DNA from: Spirochaetota bacterium
GTDB lineage: Bacteria; Spirochaetota; UBA6919; CBDBPB01
DNA length: 64,000 nt
Direction of reading: 5' to 3'
Assembly: GCA_965208615.1 (NCBI GenBank)
Contig: CBDBPB010000006.1
Coordinates: 32,001 to 96,000, forward strand
The stretch's first letter is position 1. Each line of letters starts with the position of its first letter. The position numbers were made by a program, and so were the translations under genes. Under the pieces are notes generated by a model. It was not told the origin of the DNA. It was given only the letters and a program-made list of their open reading frames with translations, and did not search any database. This document shows, in pieces, positions 20,434-31,666 of this stretch.

Positions 20434-21288
20434 TTGGAAGAAGTTAACAAAGTAAAAGTTGATAATAATAGTTCAGATAAGGGTTTAGATAAAAGCTTAG
20501 AAAGGCGAAAGTTTATTTTTAGATCGGTTAAGATGAGTGGTTTAGCCGTACTCGGGGGATTAATATGGGGCGGATACTTAAACGAAGCTAAAAGTTCCCC
20601 ACTTATTATAAGACCTCCGGGAGCTATTCCAGAAAGAGACTTTTTATCTGCCTGTATACGTTGTGGTTTATGTGTTGATGCCTGCAAAGACAAGGTTGGT
20701 TTAAATTATCCTCTTAGGTTGGCTAAGTTGGGAGATCAAAAACCTATTGGTACTCCATACTTTATACCTAGGGATAAACCTTGCATAATGTGTACGGATA
20801 TACCATGTGTACCTATTTGTCCTACTGAGGCTTTGGATGATTCTATGGTTACGTCAAAGTCTGGCGAGTTAGATATAAACATGAGTAGAATGGGGTTAGC
20901 TATGGTTGATAGAGATTCCTGCATAGCTTTTTGGGGTATACAGTGTGATGTTTGTTATAGGGTCTGCCCTTTGATTGATAAGGCTATTACTTTGGACTAC
21001 GCTCGTAATAAGCGTACTGGAAAGCATGCTTTTTTGATACCTGTAGTTAATAGTGACTATTGTACTGGATGTGGTATATGTGAGGAGAGATGTGTTACTG
21101 AAAAGGCTGCTATTTTTATTCTTCCAAGGGAGTTAGCCATGGGTAAGGTTGGTTCTCATTATATAAAAGGCTGGGATAAGGCTGATGAGTTAAGACTTAA
21201 GAATAGGCCTTCTGATTTTACTACTGAGACCCTTAGGAGTAAGAAAAAATCTACTGACTACTTAAACGAGGGGATTGATAATGACTAA
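20434..21288 (+). CDS. napG: Ferredoxin-type protein NapG
   Basis: RRKF signal, RPPGA, CIRCGLCVDAC, four Fe-S Cys clusters, HYIKGW. Confidence 0.93.
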   Translation: MEEVNKVKVDNNSSDKGLDKSLERRKFIFRSVKMSGLAVLGGLIWGGYLNEAKSSPLIIRPPGAIPERDFLSACIRCGLCVDACKDKVGLNYPLRLAKLGDQKPIGTPYFIPRDKPCIMCTDIPCVPICPTEALDDSMVTSKSGELDINMSRMGLAMVDRDSCIAFWGIQCDVCYRVCPLIDKAITLDYARNKRTGKHAFLIPVVNSDYCTGCGICEERCVTEKAAIFILPRELAMGKVGSHYIKGWDKADELRLKNRPSDFTTETLRSKKKSTDYLNEGIDND

Positions 21289-22147
21289 GTTATGGGATAA
21301 CTATCGTTATCTTATTGCCAGACGTGTTATGCAGATACTTATATTAGTTTTATTTATTGCATCTCACTATATAGGTTTTAAGTTGTTGTCGGGCAATTTA
21401 AGTTCGGCAGTATTATTTGATAGTATACCTCTTAGTGATCCCCTTGCTATTATTCAGGTGATAGCTTCTAGTATATTTAAGGCTAATGATTTAGGTATTA
21501 GTTTTACTCCAGAAGTTATTATTGGGTTATATAGTTCTTTTGATGCTCTTTTGGGAGTATTCATAGTAGTTATTTTTTATGGTATTATTGGTGGTAGGGC
21601 GTTTTGCAGTTGGGTATGCCCTGTTAATATTGTAACTGATACTGCTAAGTGGATAAGGACTAAATATAAAATTGATAATTTTGTTAGACCCAGTGAACTA
21701 AAACGATCATTAAGATATTTTATTTTACTATTGACTGTGATACTATCTATATTATTTGGTATTTCAGCCTTTGAGTTTATAAGTCCTATTTCGTTATTTG
21801 TTAGGTCTATAGTTTTTGGTATGGGCGTTGGATGGGCACTTATACTAATTTTATTTCTTTTTGATCTTTTGGTTTTAAAGAATGGTTTTTGTGGATATAC
21901 ATGTCCTTTGGGAGCTTTTTATTCTATTATAGGCAGGTTTAGCCTTTTTAGAGTAAGGCACAACAAGGATAAGTGTACAAAGTGCTTAGATTGTATTGTT
22001 GTATGTCCTGAAAAGCAGGTATTGCCTATGATTAGCAAGAGTAGTGAGGCAGTGTTATCCGGCGAATGTACTAATTGTTTAAGGTGCATTGAGGTGTGTA
22101 ATGATGATGCCTTATCTTTTGGAACACGATTTTATAACAAGAGTTAG
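21281..22147 (+). CDS. napH: Quinol dehydrogenase membrane subunit NapH
   Basis: GRAFCSWVCP and FCGYTCPLG motifs, transmembrane helices, two C-terminal ferredoxin motifs. Confidence 0.93.
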   Translation: MTKLWDNYRYLIARRVMQILILVLFIASHYIGFKLLSGNLSSAVLFDSIPLSDPLAIIQVIASSIFKANDLGISFTPEVIIGLYSSFDALLGVFIVVIFYGIIGGRAFCSWVCPVNIVTDTAKWIRTKYKIDNFVRPSELKRSLRYFILLLTVILSILFGISAFEFISPISLFVRSIVFGMGVGWALILILFLFDLLVLKNGFCGYTCPLGAFYSIIGRFSLFRVRHNKDKCTKCLDCIVVCPEKQVLPMISKSSEAVLSGECTNCLRCIEVCNDDALSFGTRFYNKS

Positions 22148-22218
22148 TTATATAAGTAATATTTTTATTTACTGGTTTATTTTGCCAGTTTAAATTAAGT
22201 TTATATGGAGAAAATGTT

Positions 22219-22806
22219 ATGATTAAAAGTAGCAAAATACTTATAATAGTTTTTACGGGGTTTATCCTTTTGTCTATTTCTTGTGAGAAAAAGGCTGCTA
22301 TGAAGGATAAGGCTGAGGCTAAGACTGATAAAGAGTTGGGTATAAGCACCATAAGGTCTGACAGTTTATTTGATGAGTCAGTTAAAACACCTGGCGTTAA
22401 GTATGTTGGAAAGGCTCCTGGAGCTAATAACAAGAAGTTTGCAAGGTCATTTGAGAATGCACCACCTATGATACCTCATAGTGTAGCTGGGCTTTTACCT
22501 ATAAAAAAGAATAATATTTGTTTAAGTTGTCATATGCCTTCTAAAGATGATCCTAATGTAGCCATTACTAAAGGGGCTACTAGGATATCTAGTACTCATA
22601 TTTCTGAGTTAGATGGTAATTTAAAAGGCGAATTAAACAAAGCATATTTTAATTGTTCACAATGCCATGCACCTCAGGCTAATTTGCCTGCTGCTAAGGG
22701 TAGTAAGTTTGCTCCTGTGTTTACATCTGAGGAGACAAAGTCTAAGTCTACATTAAAGATTAAGACAACTCCTTTTGCTAAGTCGTCTAAGGCAAAGGTA
22801 AAATAG
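22219..22806 (+). CDS. napB: Diheme cytochrome c subunit NapB
   Basis: RSFENAPPMIPH, CLSCH and CSQCHAPQ; lipobox-like LSISC. Confidence 0.92.
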   Translation: MIKSSKILIIVFTGFILLSISCEKKAAMKDKAEAKTDKELGISTIRSDSLFDESVKTPGVKYVGKAPGANNKKFARSFENAPPMIPHSVAGLLPIKKNNICLSCHMPSKDDPNVAITKGATRISSTHISELDGNLKGELNKAYFNCSQCHAPQANLPAAKGSKFAPVFTSEETKSKSTLKIKTTPFAKSSKAKVK

Positions 22807-22812
22807 TCTATA

Positions 22813-23319
22813 ATGGGTTCCATAAATAGGAGAGAGTTTTTTAAGTCTCTCCTATTACAAAATAAAAAGTCTGATAAAACTAAATCTATTAGACCGCCTT
22901 ATAATAGTGATGAGGGGCTTTTTCATCGTTATTGTGGTGGATGTGAGGGTAAGTGTGTACCTGTGTGCGAGGAGAAGATAATCCACATAAATGAAAAAGA
23001 TAAGGTCCCATATTTAGATTTTAAAAATAGTGGTTGTACTTTTTGTAAGAAGTGCGTTGATGCTTGTGATTTTGCTGTATTAAATATTGATGATATTTAT
23101 GAGAGTGTAAACAAGGTTAATGCACTTCCTGTTATTGATAGGTATGGTTGTTTAGCGTGGAAAAAGATTATTTGCAGTAGTTGTAGGGATATTTGTCCTG
23201 ATGGGGCTATAAAGTTTTGGGCTTTATGGAATCCTAAGGTTCAGGCGGATAAGTGTACGGGTTGTGGATTGTGTATTAGTGTTTGCCCTAAGGAGGCTAT
23301 TTATATTAATGCACTATAG
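22813..23319 (+). CDS. napF: Ferredoxin-type protein NapF
   Basis: RREFF, IRPPY, four Cys clusters; position in the operon. Confidence 0.88.
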   Translation: MGSINRREFFKSLLLQNKKSDKTKSIRPPYNSDEGLFHRYCGGCEGKCVPVCEEKIIHINEKDKVPYLDFKNSGCTFCKKCVDACDFAVLNIDDIYESVNKVNALPVIDRYGCLAWKKIICSSCRDICPDGAIKFWALWNPKVQADKCTGCGLCISVCPKEAIYINAL

Positions 23320-23326
23320 AGGGTTT

Positions 23327-24370
23327 GTGAGATTAACATTAGGTATTATATTATTTATTATAGTTATAGGTTGTGTTAAGAAGGTTCAGTCGGACAAGGT
23401 TGTTAGTGATAAAGTTCATAAAAGTTCTTTGATAGTAAACAAGCTTTTTTATGATGAGAAAAAGGCAGTTTTAATAAAGCCTTATAAAGTGATTAACACT
23501 AGTGGTGGGGTTTTGGATTTTGTCTATAGGGATGGGCTTGTTTATGTAGCCACATCTTTTGGCACTGTTGAGATATATAATCTTAACTCTAGAAAAAGGC
23601 TTAAAAATATAAAGTTAGCGTATATAAATACTTTTGATGGAGATAAGACTGCTCCAAAGGTATTTTCTGTTGATTTATCTCCTGATAAAAAGAAAATTGT
23701 TATTATTAGTCAGGATGAGCTTGGTACTGAGCTATTTATTGAGGATAATGGTAAGTTAATAAAGTTAATTTCGTCAAAGAAAAGGCTTACTATGACTGAG
23801 GCAAGGTTTATTAGTAATAATATGGTATTAATAGGTTTATTGAGCAGTCATATTATTCTTTACGACATAGACGCTAAAAAGGTTGTTTATAAGAAGCAAA
23901 TTGATAGCTCCTCTTTTTCGGATATGGCTTTGAATGAGCTTAAGACTAAGGTTGCCATAACTAATGAATCTGGTAAGATTATTATTGTTGATCCCAATAA
24001 TGGATTAGTCTTAAAGGTTTTAGAAGGAGGGAATGTTGATAAGATTTATCAGCTTGATTATAGGGCTAAACATATTTTAGCAGGGGGTCAGGATAGGCGG
24101 CTTATACTCTATAACGAATATGATAATAAAATAAGGCGTTATGACAGTAATTTTTTGGTATATACGGTGGGTTTAAGCCCTTCTGTGGGGTTATTAGGTT
24201 TTTCGGTTAACGAGGATAGTGATATTGCTATTATAAGTCTTAATTCTGATAAGACTTATATATTAAAGGGACATAGTGCTAATTTAAATCGTATTTATTT
24301 TATTGATGATAAAACTATTCTCAGTGGGAGCGATGATAATAAAGTTATAATATGGAGGTTAAAAAAGTGA
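23327..24370 (+). CDS. napL: WD40/beta-propeller nitrate reductase accessory protein NapL
   Basis: WD-like repeats (AGGQDRR, LKGH..SGSDDNKVIIW), located between napF and napD. Likely GTG start at 23327; ORF track start is 23264. Confidence 0.8.
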   Translation: MRLTLGIILFIIVIGCVKKVQSDKVVSDKVHKSSLIVNKLFYDEKKAVLIKPYKVINTSGGVLDFVYRDGLVYVATSFGTVEIYNLNSRKRLKNIKLAYINTFDGDKTAPKVFSVDLSPDKKKIVIISQDELGTELFIEDNGKLIKLISSKKRLTMTEARFISNNMVLIGLLSSHIILYDIDAKKVVYKKQIDSSSFSDMALNELKTKVAITNESGKIIIVDPNNGLVLKVLEGGNVDKIYQLDYRAKHILAGGQDRRLILYNEYDNKIRRYDSNFLVYTVGLSPSVGLLGFSVNEDSDIAIISLNSDKTYILKGHSANLNRIYFIDDKTILSGSDDNKVIIWRLKK

Positions 24371-24714
24371 ATATATCTAGCGTTGTTATTAGGACAAAGG
24401 CTGAAAATAAAGATAAGCTTATTGACATATTGAATGCCAGTGATATTTGTGAAGTGCACTACCATGATGATATGGGGCAGATTGTGGTTATTATAGAGGG
24501 TAAGGATGTATCAGAGGAGCTATCCAAGTTACGCAAGCTTGAGAAGATGGACTATGTTATGTCTGCTAATTTATTTTACACATATACCGAAGAGGAGCTT
24601 GCTAACATTATGGATGACTTTAAAAAGGCTGAGGATATACAAAAAGTATTAAACAGTGATTTACCGGCTGAGGCTATTAAGTATTCTGGTGATGTGAATA
24701 ATATGATGAGTTAA
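24367..24714 (+). CDS. napD: NapA maturation chaperone NapD
   Basis: (M)NISSVVI..CEVH..GQIVVIIEG..V.SA; GTG start after GGAGG. Confidence 0.88.
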   Translation: MNISSVVIRTKAENKDKLIDILNASDICEVHYHDDMGQIVVIIEGKDVSEELSKLRKLEKMDYVMSANLFYTYTEEELANIMDDFKKAEDIQKVLNSDLPAEAIKYSGDVNNMMS

Positions 24715-24738
24715 TCATTATTTAAGCCAATTGGTATA

Positions 24739-26766
24739 TTATGTTTTTTCTTGAGTCTTTTTTGTAATAAGCAAGTTAGACATTTTGTTTATAGCAATGC
24801 CGATAGCAATTCCTATGCCAATAAGTAGTAGTAATAAAATAGTTAACGGGATTTGTATACGCTCTGTAAGCCTTTTAATAAAAGGTTCAAACTTTTTGCT
24901 AATAAAAATAAGTATTAATAATAAGGTAGTTGCTGTTATTTTTACCCATAGACTTGGCCAAAAGAAAAACAATAATAATATAGCTAAAATTATTCTTTCA
25001 AGAGCATAGATTCTTTTAAAGAGATAGCCTGTCATTATAGACGCATATACATATAAGCCAATGATACCAAAGATAAATATAGTTAGTTTATCATATAAGC
25101 CACCATCTATTAGTTGGGTATATGCGAATAGAAAAGGAATTATATAAAGACCTTTTGCTAGTTTCCATGCGGTAAAGCCAGTTAGCATAGGTTTTGATCC
25201 GGCTATACCTGCGGCAGCAAAAGCCGCTAAGGACACAGGAGGGGTTACATTAGAATCTTGTGATATCCAAAAAATAATCATATGTGCGGCTAATAATGAT
25301 ACCCCCATTATTGTAAGTGCTGGTGCCGCTAATACTGCCAGCATAATATAAGCGGCGGTTACTGGCAGTCCCATACCTAATAATAATGATGCAATGGTAA
25401 TAAATATAATGGTTAAAACAAGTATACCATCGGATAAGTCTAAAATAGCCTGAGAAAAGACTATTGATATACCAGTCATTGCAATGCTACCAATAATTAT
25501 GCCTACTCCTACTAAAAGGACACCCGTCATTATCATATTTTTTGACCCTAAGGCTAAAGAGTCTAAAATATCTTTTATTTTCATTTTATGGTTTTTGCTT
25601 AAATATGAGCTTAGTATTATAGCTATAATAGAGAAACCAGCAGAATAGGTGGGAGTGAATCCAATTATAAGCATTACTACTAATAGAATTATTGGGATAA
25701 AAAAGTGTATACCTTCTCTCAAGATAGACCAAATATCAATTTTTTCTTCTGTATCAATAGTTTTAATGCCTTTTAGTTTAGCCTCTTGATAAACAAAAAA
25801 GGCAACAGAGCTAAAATACATAACTGCGGGTAAGAAGGCAACACCTATAATAGTTATATAAGGCAATCCTGTCCATTGAGCCATTATAAACGCCCCAGCT
25901 CCCATTACTGGGGGCATTAATTGTCCACCTACAGAAGAGGCAGTCTCAATACCTGCTGAGAACTTAGGCTCAAAGCCTGCTTTTTTCATCATTGGGATAG
26001 TTATAGAGCCAGTTGACACTGTATTAGCAATCGCACTACCAGAGATAGTTCCCATTAGACCAGAGGCAACAACTGCTACTAATCCAGGACCACCGGTAAT
26101 ATTTTTAGTTAGGGCTTTAGCAATACTAACAATAAAATCACCACCACCAGACTTTAATAAAAATGCGGCAAAGAGTATAAACATAAACACAAAAGTGGAT
26201 GATATACTAGCAGTCAATCCAAAAAGGCCTTCATCGGTAAAATACATTCTGTATAGTATTCTAGAGAGTTTTGCTCCTCTAAAATGGAATATTCCTTCAA
26301 GATAGTTTCCCCACCACAACACATAAGTTAATACTAGTATTATTAAAATGGGTATTACAAGTCCAGAAGTTCGCCTGTTTATTTCAAGTACCATAATAAT
26401 GGCGATACTGGCAAATATCAGATCGTATATTATGACTACTTCATTCCTTGTATGCAGGGCATCTTCGAATAGTATTAGATAAATGCTTGTTGATAGTATG
26501 ACAATGGCAAGGAGTATATCTATAGTGATTAGCCATTTGTTATTAGTTTTTTTTGATAGGGGGTATAGTAAAAAGCCTAATGCACCTAAAAGTCCAAGAT
26601 GGAGGCTGTTTCTCCATAAATCAGAGATAACCCCAAGACTGTTAACCCAAATATGGAATAAAGCGATTAACACAGCAAATATATATATAACCATGTTTAA
26701 AGCCCTTGAGTTATTATAGCTATTAAGCCCATTTGGAATCTCTATACTTTTTTTTGTGTATACCAC
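24739..26766 (-). CDS. TRAP transporter fused 4TM/12TM permease (TAXI type)
   Basis: GTISGSAIANTVSTGSITIPMMK, GGQLMPPVMGAGAF, LGMGLPVTAAY, TPPVSLAAFAA. Confidence 0.93.
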   Translation of the reverse strand: MVYTKKSIEIPNGLNSYNNSRALNMVIYIFAVLIALFHIWVNSLGVISDLWRNSLHLGLLGALGFLLYPLSKKTNNKWLITIDILLAIVILSTSIYLILFEDALHTRNEVVIIYDLIFASIAIIMVLEINRRTSGLVIPILIILVLTYVLWWGNYLEGIFHFRGAKLSRILYRMYFTDEGLFGLTASISSTFVFMFILFAAFLLKSGGGDFIVSIAKALTKNITGGPGLVAVVASGLMGTISGSAIANTVSTGSITIPMMKKAGFEPKFSAGIETASSVGGQLMPPVMGAGAFIMAQWTGLPYITIIGVAFLPAVMYFSSVAFFVYQEAKLKGIKTIDTEEKIDIWSILREGIHFFIPIILLVVMLIIGFTPTYSAGFSIIAIILSSYLSKNHKMKIKDILDSLALGSKNMIMTGVLLVGVGIIIGSIAMTGISIVFSQAILDLSDGILVLTIIFITIASLLLGMGLPVTAAYIMLAVLAAPALTIMGVSLLAAHMIIFWISQDSNVTPPVSLAAFAAAGIAGSKPMLTGFTAWKLAKGLYIIPFLFAYTQLIDGGLYDKLTIFIFGIIGLYVYASIMTGYLFKRIYALERIILAILLLFFFWPSLWVKITATTLLLILIFISKKFEPFIKRLTERIQIPLTILLLLLIGIGIAIGIAINKMSNLLITKKTQEKT

Positions 26767-26795
26767 AGCTACCCCCTATCTTATAGCTATATTAA

Positions 26796-27839
26796 TTATT
26801 TTAGGATTAGGTGTTTTGGAATAGTTATACCTTTTTCTTTATAGAACTTAATAGCTCCAGAGTGTAGTGGAACAGACAAACCAGCAATAGCTTTCTCTAG
26901 TTTCATGGATAGAGTAGCTTTATGTATTCCTTGTAGGAATGGTAGGTTTTCATATATAGTTTTTGTAATTTTATAAACTACGTCTTCGCTGATTGATGGG
27001 CGTACTGCTAAGAAATTAGGCTGAGCAATAGTAGTAATTTCTTCTTTTTGTCCTGTATAGGTATTAGGAGGGATTACATATTTACTCCATACAGGATATT
27101 TACTATTAGTTTTTTTAATTTGTTCTTCAGTAAAATTTAGTACTTTAATTTTATCATTTCCGAGAGTGGCAAAGGATTCTATAATAGCTGATACTGGTAC
27201 ACCAGCGGGGGTATTCATAGCTACAATGCGTTTATCTCTTAGGGCAGAGGCAGAGCTTGAGTATCCTAGATGTTCTAGTGTAAAATCTTTATCTAGGTTA
27301 AACCCTAGTTCTTTAAGTATTGTACGCCCTGAGACTTCAGTACCTGATCCTCTTTTACCTATGGAAAATCTTTTACCTTTTGCATTGTTGAGGTCATTAA
27401 TATTACCAGTTGTAACAAGGTCTTTTGCAAGGGTAAAGTGTTCAACATTTTCCCATAGCATTGTAACTGCTCGTAAAGACCTTTCTGGCTTACCTTTATA
27501 TTTACCACTACCCTGCCATGCCATAGCTCCAAATAGTGCTTGCAAGATAGCAAAGTCTGCTTCTTTATTTTTAAGGAGCTGGATGTTTTCACCAGAGCCA
27601 GCTGAATTCATAGCATTCATAGTAATCTTATGTTTTTTAGCTAATTTTATACTTACAAGAGTTGAAATACCAACACCTACTGGATAGAATGTTCCACCAG
27701 TAGAGGCCGTTGCTATAACTAAAGATTCAGTTGCCTTTTTAGAGGCTTTTTTGGCTTTACTTTTTTCTCCACAGGTTACAAAAGTAAAAACCATAGTAAG
27801 TAAAAGTGTAAATATTTTTGAAAAGTTGGACAGTTTCAT
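26796..27839 (-). CDS. TAXI-family TRAP solute-binding lipoprotein
   Basis: IATASTGGTFYPVG, SAGSGENI, GKRGSGT, VPLHSGAIKFYKE; lipobox FVTC; ATG after GGAG. Confidence 0.92.
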   Translation of the reverse strand: MKLSNFSKIFTLLLTMVFTFVTCGEKSKAKKASKKATESLVIATASTGGTFYPVGVGISTLVSIKLAKKHKITMNAMNSAGSGENIQLLKNKEADFAILQALFGAMAWQGSGKYKGKPERSLRAVTMLWENVEHFTLAKDLVTTGNINDLNNAKGKRFSIGKRGSGTEVSGRTILKELGFNLDKDFTLEHLGYSSSASALRDKRIVAMNTPAGVPVSAIIESFATLGNDKIKVLNFTEEQIKKTNSKYPVWSKYVIPPNTYTGQKEEITTIAQPNFLAVRPSISEDVVYKITKTIYENLPFLQGIHKATLSMKLEKAIAGLSVPLHSGAIKFYKEKGITIPKHLILK

Positions 27840-28421
27840 GGTTATCTCCATTTAATAAATTAAAGATATTTATTCATATAAAGTAACAGCTAAAATTTAT
27901 ATCTAGTAATAGTACAACTATTATATTAGATTGGCAATAATTAGAAGTTTATTTTGTGTAAAAATTAATTTGCTAACCTATAATTAGTTACATGGCAATT
28001 TAAAGGTATTTTTTATATTATTTAATGAGAGGGATAATCATAATTTTAATATTGCTATAATTGTTAATCAATTTTTTTTATCATATTATTAGCTATTATT
28101 CTAATATACTATCTATACACAAAAGTTATATTGGATATGAGAAAGTTAAAACCTGACAATTCCTTTGTGAAGCTGAATCATTAACTTATATTAAGGGAGA
28201 TAATTCATTATATTTAAACCGCTTTAGTGGATTACAGCATAATAAGGCTTTAAGTTAAACACCATAAGTTTTTACTATATTATTAAAAGCTATACTAACA
28301 AATTGATTTACATTTTTTATTTTTGTTATTATATATAATCATGTATTTATCTCATATTTAAGTATAATATTGTATTAAAAAGCAAGTTAGAGCTTGATTC
28401 ATTGTAAATAGGAGTGTTTTT

Positions 28422-31037
28422 GTGTTAAAAAAGCTTGGAAAGGCACTTTTTGGTAGTCAGCATGAAAGATTAGTAAAAAGCCTAAAACCTACTGTTGATA
28501 GGATTAGTGAGTTGGAAAGCGAGTTAAAAAAGCTATCCGATGAAAAATTAAGAAACAAAACTGTTGAGTTTAAACATAGGCTTTCTGATGGCCATAAGCT
28601 CGATGATATACTTATAGAGGCATTTGCTTGTGTTAGAGAGGCATCGGTTAGAACTATAGGACTACGACATTTTGATGTTCAGCTTATGGGGGGATGTGTA
28701 CTACACAAGGGTAGGATAGCTGAAATGAAAACTGGTGAAGGTAAAACTTTAGCCGCTACTCTGCCTGTATATTTGAATGCCTTATCTGAAAAGGGTGTCC
28801 ATGTTATAACTGTTAATGATTACTTAGCAAAACGTGATGCTGAGTGGATGGGGCCTATATATGAACTTTTGGGATTAAGTGTTGGTATTATACAACATGA
28901 TATGTCTAGTAAAGATAGACGAGATTCTTATGGTTGTGATATAACTTATGGCACTAACAATGAGTTTGGTTTTGACTATCTTAGGGATAATATGGTGGAA
29001 AGCAAATCATTAAAAGTACAACGGAATCATAATTATGCCATTGTAGATGAGGTGGACTCCATTTTAATAGATGAGGCTAGAACTCCTCTTATTATATCTG
29101 GTGCGGCTGAGGACTCTACTGACCTTTATCATCAGATTGACAAAATCATACCAAGGCTAAGACCTGCTAGTAAGGGTGAGGATGGTAAGTGGATTGAGAA
29201 TACTGGTGACTATCAGTATGAAGAAAAAGATCGTAATGTTGTGTTAGCAGAAGAGGGTGTAGCTAAGGTTGAGAAGCTTTTGAAGGTCGATAATTTATAT
29301 GCTCCGGATAATATTGATTTAATACACCATGTTAACCAGGCATTAAAGGCTCACGTTGTTTTTCATAAGGATGTTGACTATATACTGGAGGATGGTACAG
29401 TAATAATAATTGACGAGCATACTGGTAGAAAGATGCACGGAAGGCGATATAGTGATGGACTACACCAGGCATTAGAGGCTAAAGAAAGGGTTAATGTTGA
29501 ACAGGAGACTCAAACTTTAGCATCTATTACTTTTCAGAACTATTTTAGGATGTATAATAAACTATCTGGTATGACTGGTACTGCGGAGACTGAGGCTGAG
29601 GAGTTTCATAAAATATATAATCTTGGGGTATCGGTTATACCTACTAACGTACCTATGATTAGGGCTGATAATGCTGATCGTATTTATCGCACAGAAAAGG
29701 AGAAGTTTAATGCTATTGTTAATGAGGTTGAGGACTTGCATAGGAAGGGTCAGCCTATTTTAATTGGTACTATATCTATAGAGAAAAGTGAAAAGCTATC
29801 CAAGTTTTTAAAGAGGAGGGGTATTCAGCATAGTATACTTAATGCAAAGTTCCACGAGATGGAGGCAACAATAGTTACTAATGCTGGACAAAGGGGTGCG
29901 GTAACAATAGCTACTAACATGGCTGGTCGTGGTACTGATATTAAATTAGGTGAGGGTGTAAAAGAGGTTGGTGGTTTACATATATTGGGTACTGAGAGGC
30001 ACGAGTCAAGGCGTATTGATAATCAGCTTAGGGGACGTTCTGGTAGGCAGGGTGATCCTGGGTCATCTCGGTTTTATTTATGCTTAGAGGATGATCTTAT
30101 GCGTTTATTTGCATCGGATAGGGTTGGTAATCTTATGAAGCGTATGGGTATGGAAGAGGGGCAGGAGATAGAACATCCATGGATAACTAAGGCTATTGCC
30201 AATGCTCAAAAGAAGGTTGAGGGTAGGAACTTTGAAGTTAGAAAGCATTTGTTAGAGTATGATGATGTTATGAACCGTCAAAGGCAATATATTTATGATT
30301 TTAGGAATAGAGTTTTATATAAGGATGGTTTAAAAGATGACATTGACAGGATGATGAAAAGTACTATTGATTTTTATATTGATGAGAGGTTGGAGTTATC
30401 TGGTGAGAAGAGTTTAGCTGAGTCTCAGATTGCTGAGGTATTTGAGTGGTTAGAGGGGCGTTTTGGTATAGATATTAATGCTAAAAAGGATGCTAAGGTT
30501 TTAACTGATCCAAATATTTTGTCTGATTATCTTTTGGATATAATGCGAAATATGTATAAGGTTCGTGAAGAGGAGTTTGGTAGTGATATAATACGTAATC
30601 TTGAGCAGTATATTTTATTAAATACCATTGACTCTAAGTGGAAAGATCACTTATATAACATGGACGTTATGAAAGAGGGTATACATTTACGGGCCTATGC
30701 TGAACGAAATCCTCTTACCGAGTATAAGTTAGAGGGTTCTACGTTATTTGATAATATGAAGGCTCTTATAGTGGCTGAGGCTATAGAGTTATTATTTAGG
30801 GTACAGATAACCACTCATGAGGTATTTGATGAGCCAGAAGAAGAGGAAGTTAGTTTTGGAGATGAGGTACATGAAGAAGTTGGACATTTTGCATCTGTTG
30901 ACGTAACGGGTAGTACAACTAGAAAGCCTGCAAAGGGGAAGAGAAAGTCTGGATCTATTAAGGCTGTTAAAACTGGTAGGAATGCCCCATGTCCTTGTGG
31001 TAGTGGTAAAAAGTATAAGACCTGTTGTGCTAGGTAA
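28422..31037 (+). CDS. secA: Preprotein translocase ATPase SecA
   Basis: [51 protein letters not shown] motif [13 protein letters not shown]. Confidence 0.98.
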   Translation: MLKKLGKALFGSQHERLVKSLKPTVDRISELESELKKLSDEKLRNKTVEFKHRLSDGHKLDDILIEAFACVREASVRTIGLRHFDVQLMGGCVLHKGRIAEMKTGEGKTLAATLPVYLNALSEKGVHVITVNDYLAKRDAEWMGPIYELLGLSVGIIQHDMSSKDRRDSYGCDITYGTNNEFGFDYLRDNMVESKSLKVQRNHNYAIVDEVDSILIDEARTPLIISGAAEDSTDLYHQIDKIIPRLRPASKGEDGKWIENTGDYQYEEKDRNVVLAEEGVAKVEKLLKVDNLYAPDNIDLIHHVNQALKAHVVFHKDVDYILEDGTVIIIDEHTGRKMHGRRYSDGLHQALEAKERVNVEQETQTLASITFQNYFRMYNKLSGMTGTAETEAEEFHKIYNLGVSVIPTNVPMIRADNADRIYRTEKEKFNAIVNEVEDLHRKGQPILIGTISIEKSEKLSKFLKRRGIQHSILNAKFHEMEATIVTNAGQRGAVTIATNMAGRGTDIKLGEGVKEVGGLHILGTERHESRRIDNQLRGRSGRQGDPGSSRFYLCLEDDLMRLFASDRVGNLMKRMGMEEGQEIEHPWITKAIANAQKKVEGRNFEVRKHLLEYDDVMNRQRQYIYDFRNRVLYKDGLKDDIDRMMKSTIDFYIDERLELSGEKSLAESQIAEVFEWLEGRFGIDINAKKDAKVLTDPNILSDYLLDIMRNMYKVREEEFGSDIIRNLEQYILLNTIDSKWKDHLYNMDVMKEGIHLRAYAERNPLTEYKLEGSTLFDNMKALIVAEAIELLFRVQITTHEVFDEPEEEEVSFGDEVHEEVGHFASVDVTGSTTRKPAKGKRKSGSIKAVKTGRNAPCPCGSGKKYKTCCAR

Positions 31038-31660
31038 TGACTAAGGTTAATCAGATTTTAGACATACTTAATAGGGCTTATCCTGAGGCTAAGTGTTCGC
31101 TTAGGTTCAATAGTTCCTTAGAGTTACTGATTGCTACTATTTTGTCTGCTCAGTGTACTGATGAGAGGGTAAATAGGGTTACTAATAATTTATTTAAAAA
31201 GTATAAAAGTGTATCTGATTATGCTAATGCTAATTTGGATGAGTTTCAAGAGGATATAAGGTCTACAGGGTTTTATAGGAATAAGGCAAAGAATATTATT
31301 TTAGCTTGTCAGAGGATATTATCTAACTTTGGGGGTGAGGTGCCTAAGAATATGGATGATCTTATATCCTTACCTGGAGTAGCAAGAAAGACAGCTAATG
31401 TTGTATTGGGTAATGCTTTTAGCATGGCTGAGGGTATTGTTGTTGATACTCATGTATCTCGTTTATCAAAGAGGCTGGCTTGGACAAAAGAGACTAATAC
31501 TGATAAGATTGAGCAGAGTTTAATTAAGATTATACCCAAGGATATGTGGATTAACATAAGCCATATACTAATACTCCACGGTAGGGCTATATGCAGGGCA
31601 CGTAAGCCTAAGTGTGAGGAATGTATTTTACAATCGGAATGTCCATCTATTGGTATATAA
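31037..31660 (+). CDS. nth: Endonuclease III
   Basis: LSAQCTD, HhH motif LPGVARKTANV, VDTHV, CRARKPKCEEC...C cluster. Confidence 0.95.
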   Translation: MTKVNQILDILNRAYPEAKCSLRFNSSLELLIATILSAQCTDERVNRVTNNLFKKYKSVSDYANANLDEFQEDIRSTGFYRNKAKNIILACQRILSNFGGEVPKNMDDLISLPGVARKTANVVLGNAFSMAEGIVVDTHVSRLSKRLAWTKETNTDKIEQSLIKIIPKDMWINISHILILHGRAICRARKPKCEECILQSECPSIGI

Positions 31661-31666
31661 CCGACT

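Noticed and set aside
27852-28421. 570-nt gap between the TAXI gene and secA as a possible ncRNA or riboswitch
   Set aside because: No convincing stem, known motif or repeat copy seen by eye; consistent with divergent promoters
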